A stretch of 64,000 nucleotides of DNA, taken from positions 1 through 64,000 of the IMG/VR virus record IMGVR_UViG_3300021431_000012. One strand, written 5' to 3'. The position numbers and the translations under genes are program-made. The notes beneath the pieces are model-generated. The model worked only from the letters and a program-made list of their open reading frames with translations, was not told where the DNA came from and did not search any database. This DNA comes from a virus (lineage: Duplodnaviria > Caudoviricetes). Below are positions 1 to 9,038 of this stretch, in pieces. Each line of letters opens with the position of its first letter. The first letter of the stretch is position 1.

Positions 1-157
1 ATTTATTAGCATCCTTTCCCTCAAATTATCAATACGAATGTTAGAATACCTAACATCACGTTCTATTTCGTTAATCTTAAAAGATACAAGATAAATACCT
101 ATTGTAAGAACAAAAATTGCTGTTGTTAATAAAGCTGTCTCTACTGATGTCATAATG

Positions 158-454
158 CTATTTCTTTTTAAGTTCTTCAATAAGTGCATCTGCCTGCTCT
201 ACGGCAAGTTTTGCAATAGTTTCCCTATTATAGTCAAGAGAACCAAAGAAGTTCATTATGCCTTGCATAGCAGCGATGGCAGCTCTTTCACGGACATCTT
301 GCCAATGTTCATCCTCTGTTTGCTCTTGAATTAGTTCTACATCTTCTGGTCTAAGTTCGATTGGATTACCAAAAGAATCACATTGTTCAAGCGTTATCGT
401 TGCATAACTTGCAAGATTAAAAATTTCTCCTGTCTTTTTTATTTTTGCTTTCAT
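158..454 (-). CDS. Hypothetical phage protein (98 aa)
   Basis: ORF track; packed head-to-tail (ATGA overlap) with the upstream gene in the leftward operon. Confidence 0.75.
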   Translation of the reverse strand: MKAKIKKTGEIFNLASYATITLEQCDSFGNPIELRPEDVELIQEQTEDEHWQDVRERAAIAAMQGIMNFFGSLDYNRETIAKLAVEQADALIEELKKK

Positions 455-822
455 AATGTTATTTCTTTTTCAATTCCACATAGTCTTAGGGCGTGCTGGA
501 GTTGGTGAACGTATTTGATATTTACGGGGTCTTGAAACCATATAGAAAAAGGCTCGCCATCACAAAACACTTCAAATGGTATATCATCTCGTACATAATG
601 TGTGGCTATTGTAACTCCATACATACTTTTTTCTCCCTCTTTAAGTATAAACCCATTCTTTTCGAGAATCTCTGGAGTAAGGGGAATTGGTTCTATTTCA
701 TTGTACTCATACCCATTATCTTCAACATAAACACAACTTTGTTTTATTTCCTTAACCTTTATTACATTTTTGGAAAATTTTGTACGAAGATAATCCCCAA
801 TCATAAGTTCTTTTGCTTCCAT
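451..822 (-). CDS. Hypothetical phage protein (123 aa)
   Basis: ORF track; operon packing; MEAKELMIGD...IPLTPEILEKNGF pattern of small phage proteins. Confidence 0.75.
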   Translation of the reverse strand: MEAKELMIGDYLRTKFSKNVIKVKEIKQSCVYVEDNGYEYNEIEPIPLTPEILEKNGFILKEGEKSMYGVTIATHYVRDDIPFEVFCDGEPFSIWFQDPVNIKYVHQLQHALRLCGIEKEITL

Positions 823-832
823 AACTTGCTCT

Positions 833-1036
833 TTAAATTTTTAAATCTGTCGTTTTTATACCTGTTGTATAATACCTTTCAATGGTATCTATATTCACGT
901 AGTATTTCCCGTTATTATCTTGTGATAAGTAAATATCTGTAATACAAGTAGTATTATTGATATAAATGGGAATGTCAGCAGAAGATATTTGCCCACCTAT
1001 GAGTGTAGCTTTGTCAACGAGTTGGCTTAGCGTCAT
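833..1036 (-). CDS. Hypothetical protein (67 aa)
   Basis: ORF track; operon packing. Confidence 0.6.
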   Translation of the reverse strand: MTLSQLVDKATLIGGQISSADIPIYINNTTCITDIYLSQDNNGKYYVNIDTIERYYTTGIKTTDLKI

Positions 1037-1146
1037 AGATTATTCCTCCATACGCATATTGAGCAGTTTTTATGGTCAGGGGTGCAATAGTAACACTCGT
1101 TGACAGTGTTTGCCCTTATGTCTTCTAAGTTTCTATTAAGTCTCAT
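1033..1146 (-). CDS. Small Cys-containing protein (37 aa)
   Basis: Manual translation MRLNRNLEDIRANTVNECYYCTPDHKNCSICVWRNNL; fills the gap exactly with an ATGA overlap; two CxxC pairs. Confidence 0.55.
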   Translation of the reverse strand: MRLNRNLEDIRANTVNECYYCTPDHKNCSICVWRNNL

Positions 1147-1148
1147 TG

Positions 1149-1358
1149 TCAAATAAAATCTATCGGTTCAAACATTTTTAATATATCAGTTAAAATATCT
1201 GCTTTACCAAGATACAGGGCATAGCGATAGTCAGGCTCTTTATTCTTTCGTGGTTTGAATTTGTCTGCCACTTTACAGAAATGGTCACGAGCCTCTTCTA
1301 ATTCTTGTTTTGTAATGGTTATAGAATCACCATTAATCTTGTAGTCTTGTAGTATCAT
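1149..1358 (-). CDS. Hypothetical protein (69 aa)
   Basis: ORF track; 2-nt spacing to neighbours. Confidence 0.65.
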   Translation of the reverse strand: MILQDYKINGDSITITKQELEEARDHFCKVADKFKPRKNKEPDYRYALYLGKADILTDILKMFEPIDFI

Positions 1359-1360
1359 AG

Positions 1361-1702
1361 TTATTCCTCCATTGCTTTGCGAAAATCTTCTGCTAATTTT
1401 ACGAAATCAATTTCATTTTCGCCAAATTCGGAAGTTAAATACCAGCCGCTACCACCTTTACGAAGCCACTCACAAGCCTTGTCAATCAACTTTTCCCTTG
1501 TATTTTCACTGCCTGCAAAGTAAGCGTGGTCTTCTGCTGTTTTGATTATTTCATTCACATCCTCTTTCGTTTCAAGAGCGTCGAGGAAAGAAAGAACTTT
1601 TGTAAACTCCTGTTCAGCATTATAATGACTATAATCATGGTGAATTTTTATTCTTCTTTCTATCTCCGCTATTACAGAGGATTTGTCTACGTATTGTGTC
1701 AT
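1361..1702 (-). CDS. Hypothetical protein (113 aa)
   Basis: ORF track; operon packing. Confidence 0.7.
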   Translation of the reverse strand: MTQYVDKSSVIAEIERRIKIHHDYSHYNAEQEFTKVLSFLDALETKEDVNEIIKTAEDHAYFAGSENTREKLIDKACEWLRKGGSGWYLTSEFGENEIDFVKLAEDFRKAMEE

Positions 1703-1722
1703 AACTTTATCATTTATAAGGA

Positions 1723-1974
1723 TTATTTTTCAATTAGTTTAGGTCTGACATTAAAATCATCACATTCTTGAGCTACTTTACTATAATTTCCAGTATAGCC
1801 CCCGTCTATGTCTTTGTCAAGTTTAAAACAGTGCCCAGTACAAGCATGAAGTCCATAACCTCTAAAATGTGTACAAAAATTACAGGCTTTGACTTTCTCC
1901 AAGTCTGCATATATGTCACCATTTGTACCGATTCCAACTTTAATTTTCATATCTTTCCATTTTCTTTTAACCAA
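1723..1974 (-). CDS. Small Cys-rich protein (83 aa)
   Basis: CNFC...CTGHC...C pattern; possible metal-binding protein. Confidence 0.6.
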   Translation of the reverse strand: MVKRKWKDMKIKVGIGTNGDIYADLEKVKACNFCTHFRGYGLHACTGHCFKLDKDIDGGYTGNYSKVAQECDDFNVRPKLIEK

Positions 1975-2021
1975 ACTACCATTTCAAATACGGCGTCAAT
2001 GGTAACCATTCTTCCATAATT

Positions 2022-2213
2022 TTAATCTTTTTGTTTTGTTAATCGTTCTAATGCGTCACGGGAATAAGCGACGGAATCGTATGCATCACGCAAAAGATTG
2101 AATTCGTTAACCGTAATGGTTGCCGAAGAATATAGAACGTCATCAAGGCGCGTGATGAGTTTTTCAAGTTCACCACGCACCTCGTTTAGAGTTTTGATTT
2201 CACTTTGCACCAT
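2022..2213 (-). CDS. Hypothetical coiled-coil protein (63 aa)
   Basis: ORF track; heptad-like helical sequence. Confidence 0.6.
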   Translation of the reverse strand: MVQSEIKTLNEVRGELEKLITRLDDVLYSSATITVNEFNLLRDAYDSVAYSRDALERLTKQKD

Positions 2214-2216
2214 AGC

Positions 2217-2474
2217 TTAATCTTCAAATTCTAGTTTCACGTTTGCAATACCTTCGCCGAACACCTTTGCTATTTCATTTCTATCATAGCCAATATCCTC
2301 TGATATGGCAACAAGAAACCTAATGCATGAAACGGCAAGAATCGGCATGGCGTCTTGTGGCGCGACATTCGCTTCGACAAGACCATCAATGATGTGCTTG
2401 ATAACGATTTGAGATTGTTCCGACAAGGCGTCGAATTCGTAGCTTGTAGTGCTACCTTTGTTTGTCTTTTTCAT
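2217..2474 (-). CDS. Hypothetical protein (85 aa)
   Basis: ORF track; operon packing. Confidence 0.65.
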   Translation of the reverse strand: MKKTNKGSTTSYEFDALSEQSQIVIKHIIDGLVEANVAPQDAMPILAVSCIRFLVAISEDIGYDRNEIAKVFGEGIANVKLEFED

Positions 2475-2505
2475 TGTTGTTGTTCGTTTAAGTTATACAA
2501 ATAGT

Positions 2506-2862
2506 TTATTCACTACCCCATTTGGAAATCCAATAGGCTTTTTCTTCCATGAATTTTGCATATTCATCATCCCACATTGCCTGCGTGTCTGTGTCGAATA
2601 CGGGCAAGTAAGACGCACTAAAGTATTCGTTTGGTCGAATGGTAACCAAGTGGTCACGATACTTTTCTGGAAGGCTTTTAAGCAGGTTGTTTGCGAGTTC
2701 TTCATTCACAAAGAACACCCGTTCAACATCTTCTGGAATATGTTTAAAACCTATAGTATTATTACTACTGATTCCGTTAGGCATGATTTCACCATTATAG
2801 CCTACGCGCCGTGGTGAATTGATAACCGACGTGATGTTTTGTTTAAGAATGTTGATGTCCAT
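2506..2862 (-). CDS. Hypothetical protein (118 aa)
   Basis: ORF track; AT-rich leader AACAACTACT before ATG. Confidence 0.7.
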   Translation of the reverse strand: MDINILKQNITSVINSPRRVGYNGEIMPNGISSNNTIGFKHIPEDVERVFFVNEELANNLLKSLPEKYRDHLVTIRPNEYFSASYLPVFDTDTQAMWDDEYAKFMEEKAYWISKWGSE

Positions 2863-2874
2863 AGTAGTTGTTGT

Positions 2875-3732
2875 TTAAAACTTTATATTAAAGTAATTTT
2901 CCAAAAGTTCTTTGTAGTTCGGGGGGGCGATGCAGTTTTGTTTCATATATTCCCATTCTTTGTTTGTTTTGCGCCAGTAAAAAACATCTCTTGCGATATG
3001 TTCGTATTCGTCTTTATATTCCAATGTGGAAACCGAATTTGGATGCGATGTTCTAAACTTTCGCAATGCATGTGCATAGGCTTTGATTAGGTTTGGGTAT
3101 CGCTTAAAATATTCTATGCGCTTTTTATCTAACATAGGACAAGCTAAACATCCAAGTCTACGTTCCGCGTGAAAATTTCCTTTTTCGTCATAGTACAAAT
3201 TATGGCATTTGATGTTTCGTTCTTTTACAAATTCTGAAATGTCTTGTGATGTCCATTCAAGTATAGGAAAATATTGTCGAACTTTTTGTTTCTTACCAGT
3301 TTTGTTATATATTCGGCATATTTCTGGTTCTACATAATTTTTTGCTCTTTTTGCGCTTTCTTCGCGTCTAACACCTACAATTGCATAATCAAGGATTTTA
3401 TATTCTTTTAAATATCCACAACAAAAACGCTTTAGTTTGTTAGGCAAACCACGTTTTCCAATTATTTCAAAGAAAGATTCTTTTGGGCGCATTATTTCAA
3501 CGCCCATATCTAAAACATGCTTTATAGTTCCTGGTGGGTCAATTGTAGTGTTTCTATAGATTGCTCTGTAAGGAACGTCTGCCATTTTGGTAAGTTCAAG
3601 AATCACATCACTATCTTTACCGCCACTATAACAAAGTTCAAGTTCTTGCCCATGTCCACACGCCATCTTGCTAGCACTTTGAATTAGTTTGATAGCTTGT
3701 TCTACTTTTTTATGCAACTGTTCTGTCATCAT
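2875..3732 (-). CDS. Phosphoadenosine phosphosulfate (PAPS/APS) reductase family protein
   Basis: PP-loop YSGGKDS, RFCC, GVRREES, PILEW and RLGCLACP motifs (CC + CxxC Fe-S ligand pattern). Confidence 0.85.
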   Translation of the reverse strand: MMTEQLHKKVEQAIKLIQSASKMACGHGQELELCYSGGKDSDVILELTKMADVPYRAIYRNTTIDPPGTIKHVLDMGVEIMRPKESFFEIIGKRGLPNKLKRFCCGYLKEYKILDYAIVGVRREESAKRAKNYVEPEICRIYNKTGKKQKVRQYFPILEWTSQDISEFVKERNIKCHNLYYDEKGNFHAERRLGCLACPMLDKKRIEYFKRYPNLIKAYAHALRKFRTSHPNSVSTLEYKDEYEHIARDVFYWRKTNKEWEYMKQNCIAPPNYKELLENYFNIKF

Positions 3733-3908
3733 AAGTTGGCTATTTCAAAATCAATTTCGTTAATGCTTTTCTTTGCCAGTTCAACCGCGGCATCAAGCAA
3801 GATTCCATTTGTCACGAATATGGTAAAGTCACTAACGTAGATAAAGTTCACAAGTTGTTCTTTACGTTTTGTTAGCGCATTGTATCTTGCTATTTGATGT
3901 GGTGTCAT
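3729..3908 (-). CDS. Hypothetical protein (59 aa)
   Basis: Manual translation MTPHQIARYNALTKRKEQLVNF...EIANL; fills the gap between the methyltransferase and PAPS-reductase-like genes. Confidence 0.55.
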   Translation of the reverse strand: MTPHQIARYNALTKRKEQLVNFIYVSDFTIFVTNGILLDAAVELAKKSINEIDFEIANL

Positions 3909-3909
3909 G

Positions 3910-4659
3910 TTAGAATAGCGTTAGTTGTGATTGTTCATTTTTTATGCGCTTCATGGCCTTGTCGAAATACTCCTTTGAGAGTTCAAAGCCGATGAAGTGT
4001 CGACGCTCCTTGATGCAAGCGATGGCAGTCGTGCCGCTGCCAATGAACATATCCAAAACGACGGCATTCTTGTAAGTCAGCATACGGAGCAATCGTGTAG
4101 GCAATTCGATAGGAAATGCCGCTGGATGTCCGACCTGACTTAGTTTCTCTGTGCTGAAAGTCCACATGCCATTCGACCATTTGATGAAATCGTCTTTTGA
4201 TATGGTGCTTTCGCCTTTTGATAGCAATTTCTTGCTTTTCGAGAATATAAGGATGTACTCAAAGTTGCGAGGGAATGACGGTGACGATGCCGACATGAAG
4301 CTACCCCATGCGGTTCGTCTGCTTGTAGTGTTTTTGTTCCATATGATGATGGTCATTACGTTAAAACCGATGCCTTTGCATATCTGAATGAAGTCAGAGT
4401 GCGTAGGTATCGAGCCGTTCTTTCCGTCACCGATATTGATACACATTCTTCCGTCAGCGGTCAGAACACGATAGCATTCATTGAAAATGTCTGTCATCCA
4501 AGCGAGATAGTCTGAGTATTCCTTGCCATCGTCATACTCATTGTAAGACAATCCAACGTTGTAAGGCGGTGAAGTGATTATGCAATCCACGCTCCCGTCG
4601 GAAATGCGTTTCATCCCTTCTATGCAGTCCATGTTGTAGATTTTGTCAAGTTCCATCAT
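3910..4659 (-). CDS. Orphan amino-DNA methyltransferase, beta class (SPPY, probably N4-cytosine)
   Basis: Motif IV TSPPYN precedes motif I DMFIGSGTT; HPAAFP motif; no adjacent restriction endonuclease. Confidence 0.9.
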   Translation of the reverse strand: MMELDKIYNMDCIEGMKRISDGSVDCIITSPPYNVGLSYNEYDDGKEYSDYLAWMTDIFNECYRVLTADGRMCINIGDGKNGSIPTHSDFIQICKGIGFNVMTIIIWNKNTTSRRTAWGSFMSASSPSFPRNFEYILIFSKSKKLLSKGESTISKDDFIKWSNGMWTFSTEKLSQVGHPAAFPIELPTRLLRMLTYKNAVVLDMFIGSGTTAIACIKERRHFIGFELSKEYFDKAMKRIKNEQSQLTLF

Positions 4660-5069
4660 GTTAAAATTGTTTTTGCTCCCTTATAAGTTAGATATGATGC
4701 AATGATAATATTTGCAATACAAATTATGTAAATGTATGTCGGTTCAAGTTCGAAGTCTAGGAAGTGCTTTTCCCAAAGATTAACGCCTAAATAACCACAC
4801 GATAGCCTGTTGTAGATACAAGTTTCTATTGCTATGCTTATGATTACTAGAACAACAAGTGATTGTAGGTTGTATTCAATATAGTCGCCTATAAGCCACG
4901 AAAAACGCTTATTGGGTATAAGATACCCATCCCACACCACAAAGTCGCTTGTAGCCATAGAAAATGCCGTTTCCGCATATGAAATCGCAATTAGTCCACA
5001 CACAATGAATGGCAGAACCTTGCCGATTTGGATAAGTAAGATTCTAAACCTATGTGTAAGATTGGGCAT
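4656..5069 (-). CDS. Multi-pass membrane protein (137 aa)
   Basis: Three to four hydrophobic segments. Confidence 0.65.
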   Translation of the reverse strand: MPNLTHRFRILLIQIGKVLPFIVCGLIAISYAETAFSMATSDFVVWDGYLIPNKRFSWLIGDYIEYNLQSLVVLVIISIAIETCIYNRLSCGYLGVNLWEKHFLDFELEPTYIYIICIANIIIASYLTYKGAKTILT

Positions 5070-5266
5070 TACTTTCTTTTGATTTTAATCCTAAAAGTTG
5101 GTGCAATATCGGCTGGCGGCCTACCAGTAATTCGTTTGTACTTTGTAGTGTCGTTTTTTTGTATTCTAGTCGCATCATTCTTTTCAACAATGCGCATTCG
5201 TTGCTGCAAAGTAATCTTTCCTTTGTTGGATAGCCTTTTTCGCCGTTTCTTTCTTTGCTTTGCCAT
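5069..5266 (-). CDS. Small basic protein (65 aa)
   Basis: K/R-rich; operon packing. Confidence 0.55.
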   Translation of the reverse strand: MAKQRKKRRKRLSNKGKITLQQRMRIVEKNDATRIQKNDTTKYKRITGRPPADIAPTFRIKIKRK

Positions 5267-5270
5267 TTGC

Positions 5271-5669
5271 CTAAAACGAATTGTTGTAGTTTTCCCTTGC
5301 TTCTTCGATAAGTTCGTCTAACAACTTTCTTGTTTCGATAATCCTATCTTGTTCCTCTTTTTTCATTCGTGGGCATCCCATGTGCCAGCTCTTGAAATTG
5401 GGAACAGACATGCCGCATTCGTGTGCAAACAATGTGTAGTCATACCAACCAATTAACTCGTCATAATCGTTAAGGTCATTGTCCACACAATATTTGATAA
5501 CATCGCAAAAGTCAAAGAAATAGTCACTAGCACATGCAATTGTGCCGACATTGCCACCCACCCAACTATCGGGTTCATATTGAAAACCATAGTTCTTGCA
5601 AAATACCTGCAAGTATTTCTCGCAGGTATCTGCAAAAACTTTCTTTAGCTTAATTGTATCTTTTTCCAT
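5271..5669 (-). CDS. Hypothetical protein (132 aa)
   Basis: ORF track; operon packing. Confidence 0.7.
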   Translation of the reverse strand: MEKDTIKLKKVFADTCEKYLQVFCKNYGFQYEPDSWVGGNVGTIACASDYFFDFCDVIKYCVDNDLNDYDELIGWYDYTLFAHECGMSVPNFKSWHMGCPRMKKEEQDRIIETRKLLDELIEEARENYNNSF

Positions 5670-5841
5670 TGCACTTCATGAGTTTTTCTTTCGGGTACTT
5701 GACGAGTATTCCACGCATCTTTCCGCGATTGAAATTCACGGTTTCATAAATTCCTTCTTTAATCCTATAATAGATTTGTTGGCTTGTGACCTTTTCAAGT
5801 TTTGCCACTTCACTAACTCCCAATAATTCGTATTCTCCCAT
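5650..5841 (-). CDS. Small HTH (excisionase-like) DNA-binding protein
   Basis: LLGVSEVAKLEKVTSQQIYYRIKEG fits a MerR/Xis-type HTH; start moved to the ATG at 5841. Confidence 0.55.
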   Translation of the reverse strand: MGEYELLGVSEVAKLEKVTSQQIYYRIKEGIYETVNFNRGKMRGILVKYPKEKLMKCNGKRYN

Positions 5842-5842
5842 G

Positions 5843-6205
5843 TTATCTATTATCTCCATTTCCTGCAATTACGTTTCTATCTTTTCTATCCGAAAGTTTG
5901 GCAAGATTTTCTTGCGCAACATCTTCAAGTTTCCACCCCATAACCGTGCAAAGGCCGCTTAACTGCCAAAGGATGTCACCAGCCTCTTTCTTGAGGTCAT
6001 CAAGTTCATCTTCCGTCATGGCAACCTCGTCCTCGGTAATAAGGTGATTCCATTCAACTAGGGCTTTTCTTTTCCTAATCGCTTTTGCAACCTTGCTAGA
6101 AAACTCACCAACCTCACCTACAAGATTAAGCATCATGTAGCAGAAATTGTTGCTACTTTCCATGCATGTTGTCATCGCTTTTCTTTGATATTCTTCAAGA
6201 CTCAT
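5843..6205 (-). CDS. mazG: MazG-like nucleoside triphosphate pyrophosphohydrolase
   Basis: LVGEVGEF and KKEAGDILWQ acidic helices and ENLAKLSDR tail, typical of the all-alpha NTP-PPase fold. Confidence 0.85.
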   Translation of the reverse strand: MSLEEYQRKAMTTCMESSNNFCYMMLNLVGEVGEFSSKVAKAIRKRKALVEWNHLITEDEVAMTEDELDDLKKEAGDILWQLSGLCTVMGWKLEDVAQENLAKLSDRKDRNVIAGNGDNR

Positions 6206-6869
6206 TTTCGCTTTGCTCTTTTATAATGTTTTCGGTTTCATGTTCCTGCAATGCCTTGATGTTCTCCTCAATAAGTTGTTCATCCGACATTGCTTTAAAG
6301 ATTTCGCGTTCATCAATGCCACTAGTAAATTCTTCAAGCTTCTTAATTGTTTCCGCAATAAACTGCTTGTTTGTAAGCCCATCTTTGTGTTCGTCAAGAA
6401 GAACCGCATTTCTAGCGATAAAGTACAAGTAATCTTGGTACACCATAAATGCTTCCGCCTCGGTTTCGCCAATTGAATACAATGGCGCAAAGCAATTGAA
6501 GCACCACCAATCAAAGTATGTGGCAATGTTGTATTCCGTTTTGTCCTCAAACGAATTTAGCACGTCAAACAATTTCTTGTAATAGAACATTGAATTTTCC
6601 GTGACGGCACGTTTGTGTGACAAAGTGATTTCAACAAAACGCTTGGTGTAAAGATACGGTCTACTTACGCCGTTTGATGTGATGCTACTAAAGACGTGTC
6701 GGTGAAAGCCAGTTTCGATGATGGCAAAATCCTCGGTAACAATAAGGCGCAAGCCTTTGTCTTCGAAATAGATTTCTTGCGTTTCTTTTGTTTTGTCAAT
6801 ATGGATAATTGCTTTGTCAATTCTCCTTTGTAGTTGACCGTTCGTCTGTTTTTTCTTTTCCATTTTCAC
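6195..6869 (-). CDS. Hypothetical protein (224 aa)
   Basis: ORF track; operon packing. Confidence 0.75.
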   Translation of the reverse strand: MKMEKKKQTNGQLQRRIDKAIIHIDKTKETQEIYFEDKGLRLIVTEDFAIIETGFHRHVFSSITSNGVSRPYLYTKRFVEITLSHKRAVTENSMFYYKKLFDVLNSFEDKTEYNIATYFDWWCFNCFAPLYSIGETEAEAFMVYQDYLYFIARNAVLLDEHKDGLTNKQFIAETIKKLEEFTSGIDEREIFKAMSDEQLIEENIKALQEHETENIIKEQSENES

Positions 6870-6983
6870 TATTGTTTTTTATTTGCTTGTGTAATTCCTC
6901 CTCTGTGACGCTTTCGGCTATAGCCTTAAAAAACATGCATACACAAAGGAGTAAAAGTAATAAAACAATTGCCAATAATGTTT

Positions 6984-7181
6984 TCATTTGCTTGCTAAGA
7001 ATTTTTCCCTTGATTCTAGTTGTTGGATAACATTTTCAATTGTATGGTACGAATATTCCTTTTCGATTTGGCGCAAAATTGAAAGTTGGCAACGGAGTTT
7101 TATAAGACTCCAAGAGCATTTTTCAGAACTCATTGTGTTAGACGTGTTTCTTTTTCTTTTGTTCATCTGCCCACATGACAC
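6984..7181 (-). CDS. Hypothetical protein (about 60 aa)
   Basis: ORF track; start uncertain. Confidence 0.5.
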   Translation of the reverse strand: MSCGQMNKRKRNTSNTMSSEKCSWSLIKLRCQLSILRQIEKEYSYHTIENVIQQLESREKFLASK

Positions 7182-7671
7182 ACAATTTCATCACGATGCT
7201 TTCGTGGTCTTGCGGAAGCTTTGAACGTTTTCTTTTTCCTTGTTGTGTGCTACGGATGAATGCAAGTGCTTCCTCGTCATTGTGGATGTGCGGAAAGAAA
7301 TACGGATTTTCGTTGTATGCGATTTCGGTTTTCGTCTTTTCCTCTGATTCTAATTCGTGTGCTTCGTCAATGAGAACTTGCGCGGCACGCTTGCTATCAT
7401 CATCCAAGTCCATGTTTTCGACATCCTCATCCATGTATGACGGAACAACATAGATTTCATCAACGGAATTGAAAGTTTCCGCAGAAAATACTTTTTTGAT
7501 GGTAGGTTCTTTGTCCATGTCCGCATCAAAGCTAGCGATTGCATACGCTTTCGTGTTGTCGAATAAATTGATGACCGCAACACCATTCTTGAAAGATTTC
7601 TTGCCATCCCACTTTTTCTTCGGGATATTAGGAATGTTCAAGAATTCAATTACTTCTTTTTCGTACTTCAT
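7138..7671 (-). CDS. Hypothetical acidic protein (177 aa)
   Basis: Start moved to MKYEKEV (7671) because the longer ORF runs through a promoter. Confidence 0.7.
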   Translation of the reverse strand: MKYEKEVIEFLNIPNIPKKKWDGKKSFKNGVAVINLFDNTKAYAIASFDADMDKEPTIKKVFSAETFNSVDEIYVVPSYMDEDVENMDLDDDSKRAAQVLIDEAHELESEEKTKTEIAYNENPYFFPHIHNDEEALAFIRSTQQGKRKRSKLPQDHESIVMKLCVMWADEQKKKKHV

Positions 7672-7706
7672 TGCTTTGTTCTTTTGGTTTAAAAAATAAA
7701 TCGTTG

Positions 7707-7738
7707 CAAAGATACAAAAGAATTTGAAATATTCCAAC
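7707..7738 (-). promoter_or_regulatory. Bacteroidota sigma-A type promoter (leftward)
   Basis: TATCTTTG (-7) at 7714-7707; GTTG at -33 with a 20-nt spacer. Confidence 0.7.
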
Positions 7739-8508
7739 TATTTCAATATTTTTTTGTGTTTGCCGACTGTTTTATTCCCACGGAAAACCCTAAACGGAAT
7801 TGCCTCGGATTTGGTTTCGGTGTATTCCCTAATAGTTGTTGCTGTATAGAAATTTTTTTCATCCTCGGCAGAAAGACGTTTGGCGACCATGATTGCGCTT
7901 GCTTTGTCCATGTCCGTGTTTACCGTTGTTTGGGAGTGGTCATGAACATCATATTTGGTCACGCACCATGATTCTTTGATTTCACCAACAAGTTCTCTTT
8001 TTAGTTCGCACTTGTTGAAAACTAGCGTTATATCGTCCGCTTGTACTTTGATGATTTCATCATTCGCATTTCTTGTTCTTTGCTCGTCGCCAAGCTGCCA
8101 ATTTTCTGGCAATTGACTCCATTCCATGATTTTGTGGTATAGGTTTTCAACATCATTGGCAACTTCTATATTTCTATCCCATTCACTTTCGCCATCATCA
8201 ATATAGTAGTTTTTGAAAAACCTAAAGAATTTGTCAAAAGCGATTTCAAAGTCGTTGCAAGCCTTTTTGATTTCATGCTTTTTAGCACCTACCTCGGACA
8301 ACAAGTAGTCAACGCCAGAAAAGATTTTATACGCTGCACATACCGTTGTGTGCATAGAACAAAGCAAAAGGGAAATATGTTGGAACACGCCTAGTTCTTT
8401 TGCCTTATGAATATCTAATCCACGCACACCTACTGTTTTCACAAGACCTTCGACGTTGTTTTCAAGTTTCACACCACCATTAAGTTCTATTACTTCATTG
8501 TTTTTCAT
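7738..8508 (-). CDS. Hypothetical protein (256 aa)
   Basis: ORF track. Confidence 0.75.
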   Translation of the reverse strand: MKNNEVIELNGGVKLENNVEGLVKTVGVRGLDIHKAKELGVFQHISLLLCSMHTTVCAAYKIFSGVDYLLSEVGAKKHEIKKACNDFEIAFDKFFRFFKNYYIDDGESEWDRNIEVANDVENLYHKIMEWSQLPENWQLGDEQRTRNANDEIIKVQADDITLVFNKCELKRELVGEIKESWCVTKYDVHDHSQTTVNTDMDKASAIMVAKRLSAEDEKNFYTATTIREYTETKSEAIPFRVFRGNKTVGKHKKILK

Positions 8509-8521
8509 ACCTACAAAAGCA

Positions 8522-8752
8522 TTAAAGGTTCATTGTGTGCCGTTTTACATAGTTATCCCTTATTTCTTGTAATGCTGCAATGCTATCATCACCAGCGAGC
8601 ATTTCACATGAGCAAATAAGTGCGCCGCCAAAGGTTAGCCACAACTCCCCGTCGTATTCTCGAATTTGATATAGTTCTTTTGACTGTCTTTCTATTCGTT
8701 TACACTTGCGATAATGTGAGCGTTCTTTCCATTTTTCTATAAATTCAAACAT
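8522..8752 (-). CDS. Hypothetical protein (76 aa)
   Basis: ORF track. Confidence 0.65.
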   Translation of the reverse strand: MFEFIEKWKERSHYRKCKRIERQSKELYQIREYDGELWLTFGGALICSCEMLAGDDSIAALQEIRDNYVKRHTMNL

Positions 8753-8770
8753 AGCTTTATTGTTTTTGGG

Positions 8771-8983
8771 TTATTTATAAAAGTTTTTAAACACGCCGTT
8801 TTTGGCAACAAACAATGCAATTGGAATGCGATAGTATTTAACGCCGTTGTATTTACATGGTGTGCATGCACTAGGGTCAAACAAGTTTCCAAATTCCGTG
8901 TCTATAAGCACCAACCATTTTGGCATTTTAAGTTCACGTTCAAGCGCGGAGTGTGAGTGAAGTATTTGCGAATTATCTATCAT
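8771..8983 (-). CDS. Hypothetical protein (70 aa)
   Basis: ORF track. Confidence 0.55.
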   Translation of the reverse strand: MIDNSQILHSHSALERELKMPKWLVLIDTEFGNLFDPSACTPCKYNGVKYYRIPIALFVAKNGVFKNFYK

Positions 8984-9002
8984 AACGTGTGGAATTTAAA
9001 TC

Positions 9003-9028
9003 GGGTGGGGAATGTTTCGCCCCCACCC
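9003..9028 (-). terminator. Hairpin downstream of recT (terminator or mRNA-stabilising stem)
   Basis: GGGTGGGG / CCCCACCC 8-bp inverted repeat just after the stop codon. Confidence 0.55.
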
Positions 9029-9038
9029 ACAAAACAAC

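Noticed and set aside
2875-3732. cysH as a sulfur-metabolism auxiliary gene
   Set aside because: Family membership alone does not show this; no other sulfur pathway genes are present and the context is DNA modification.
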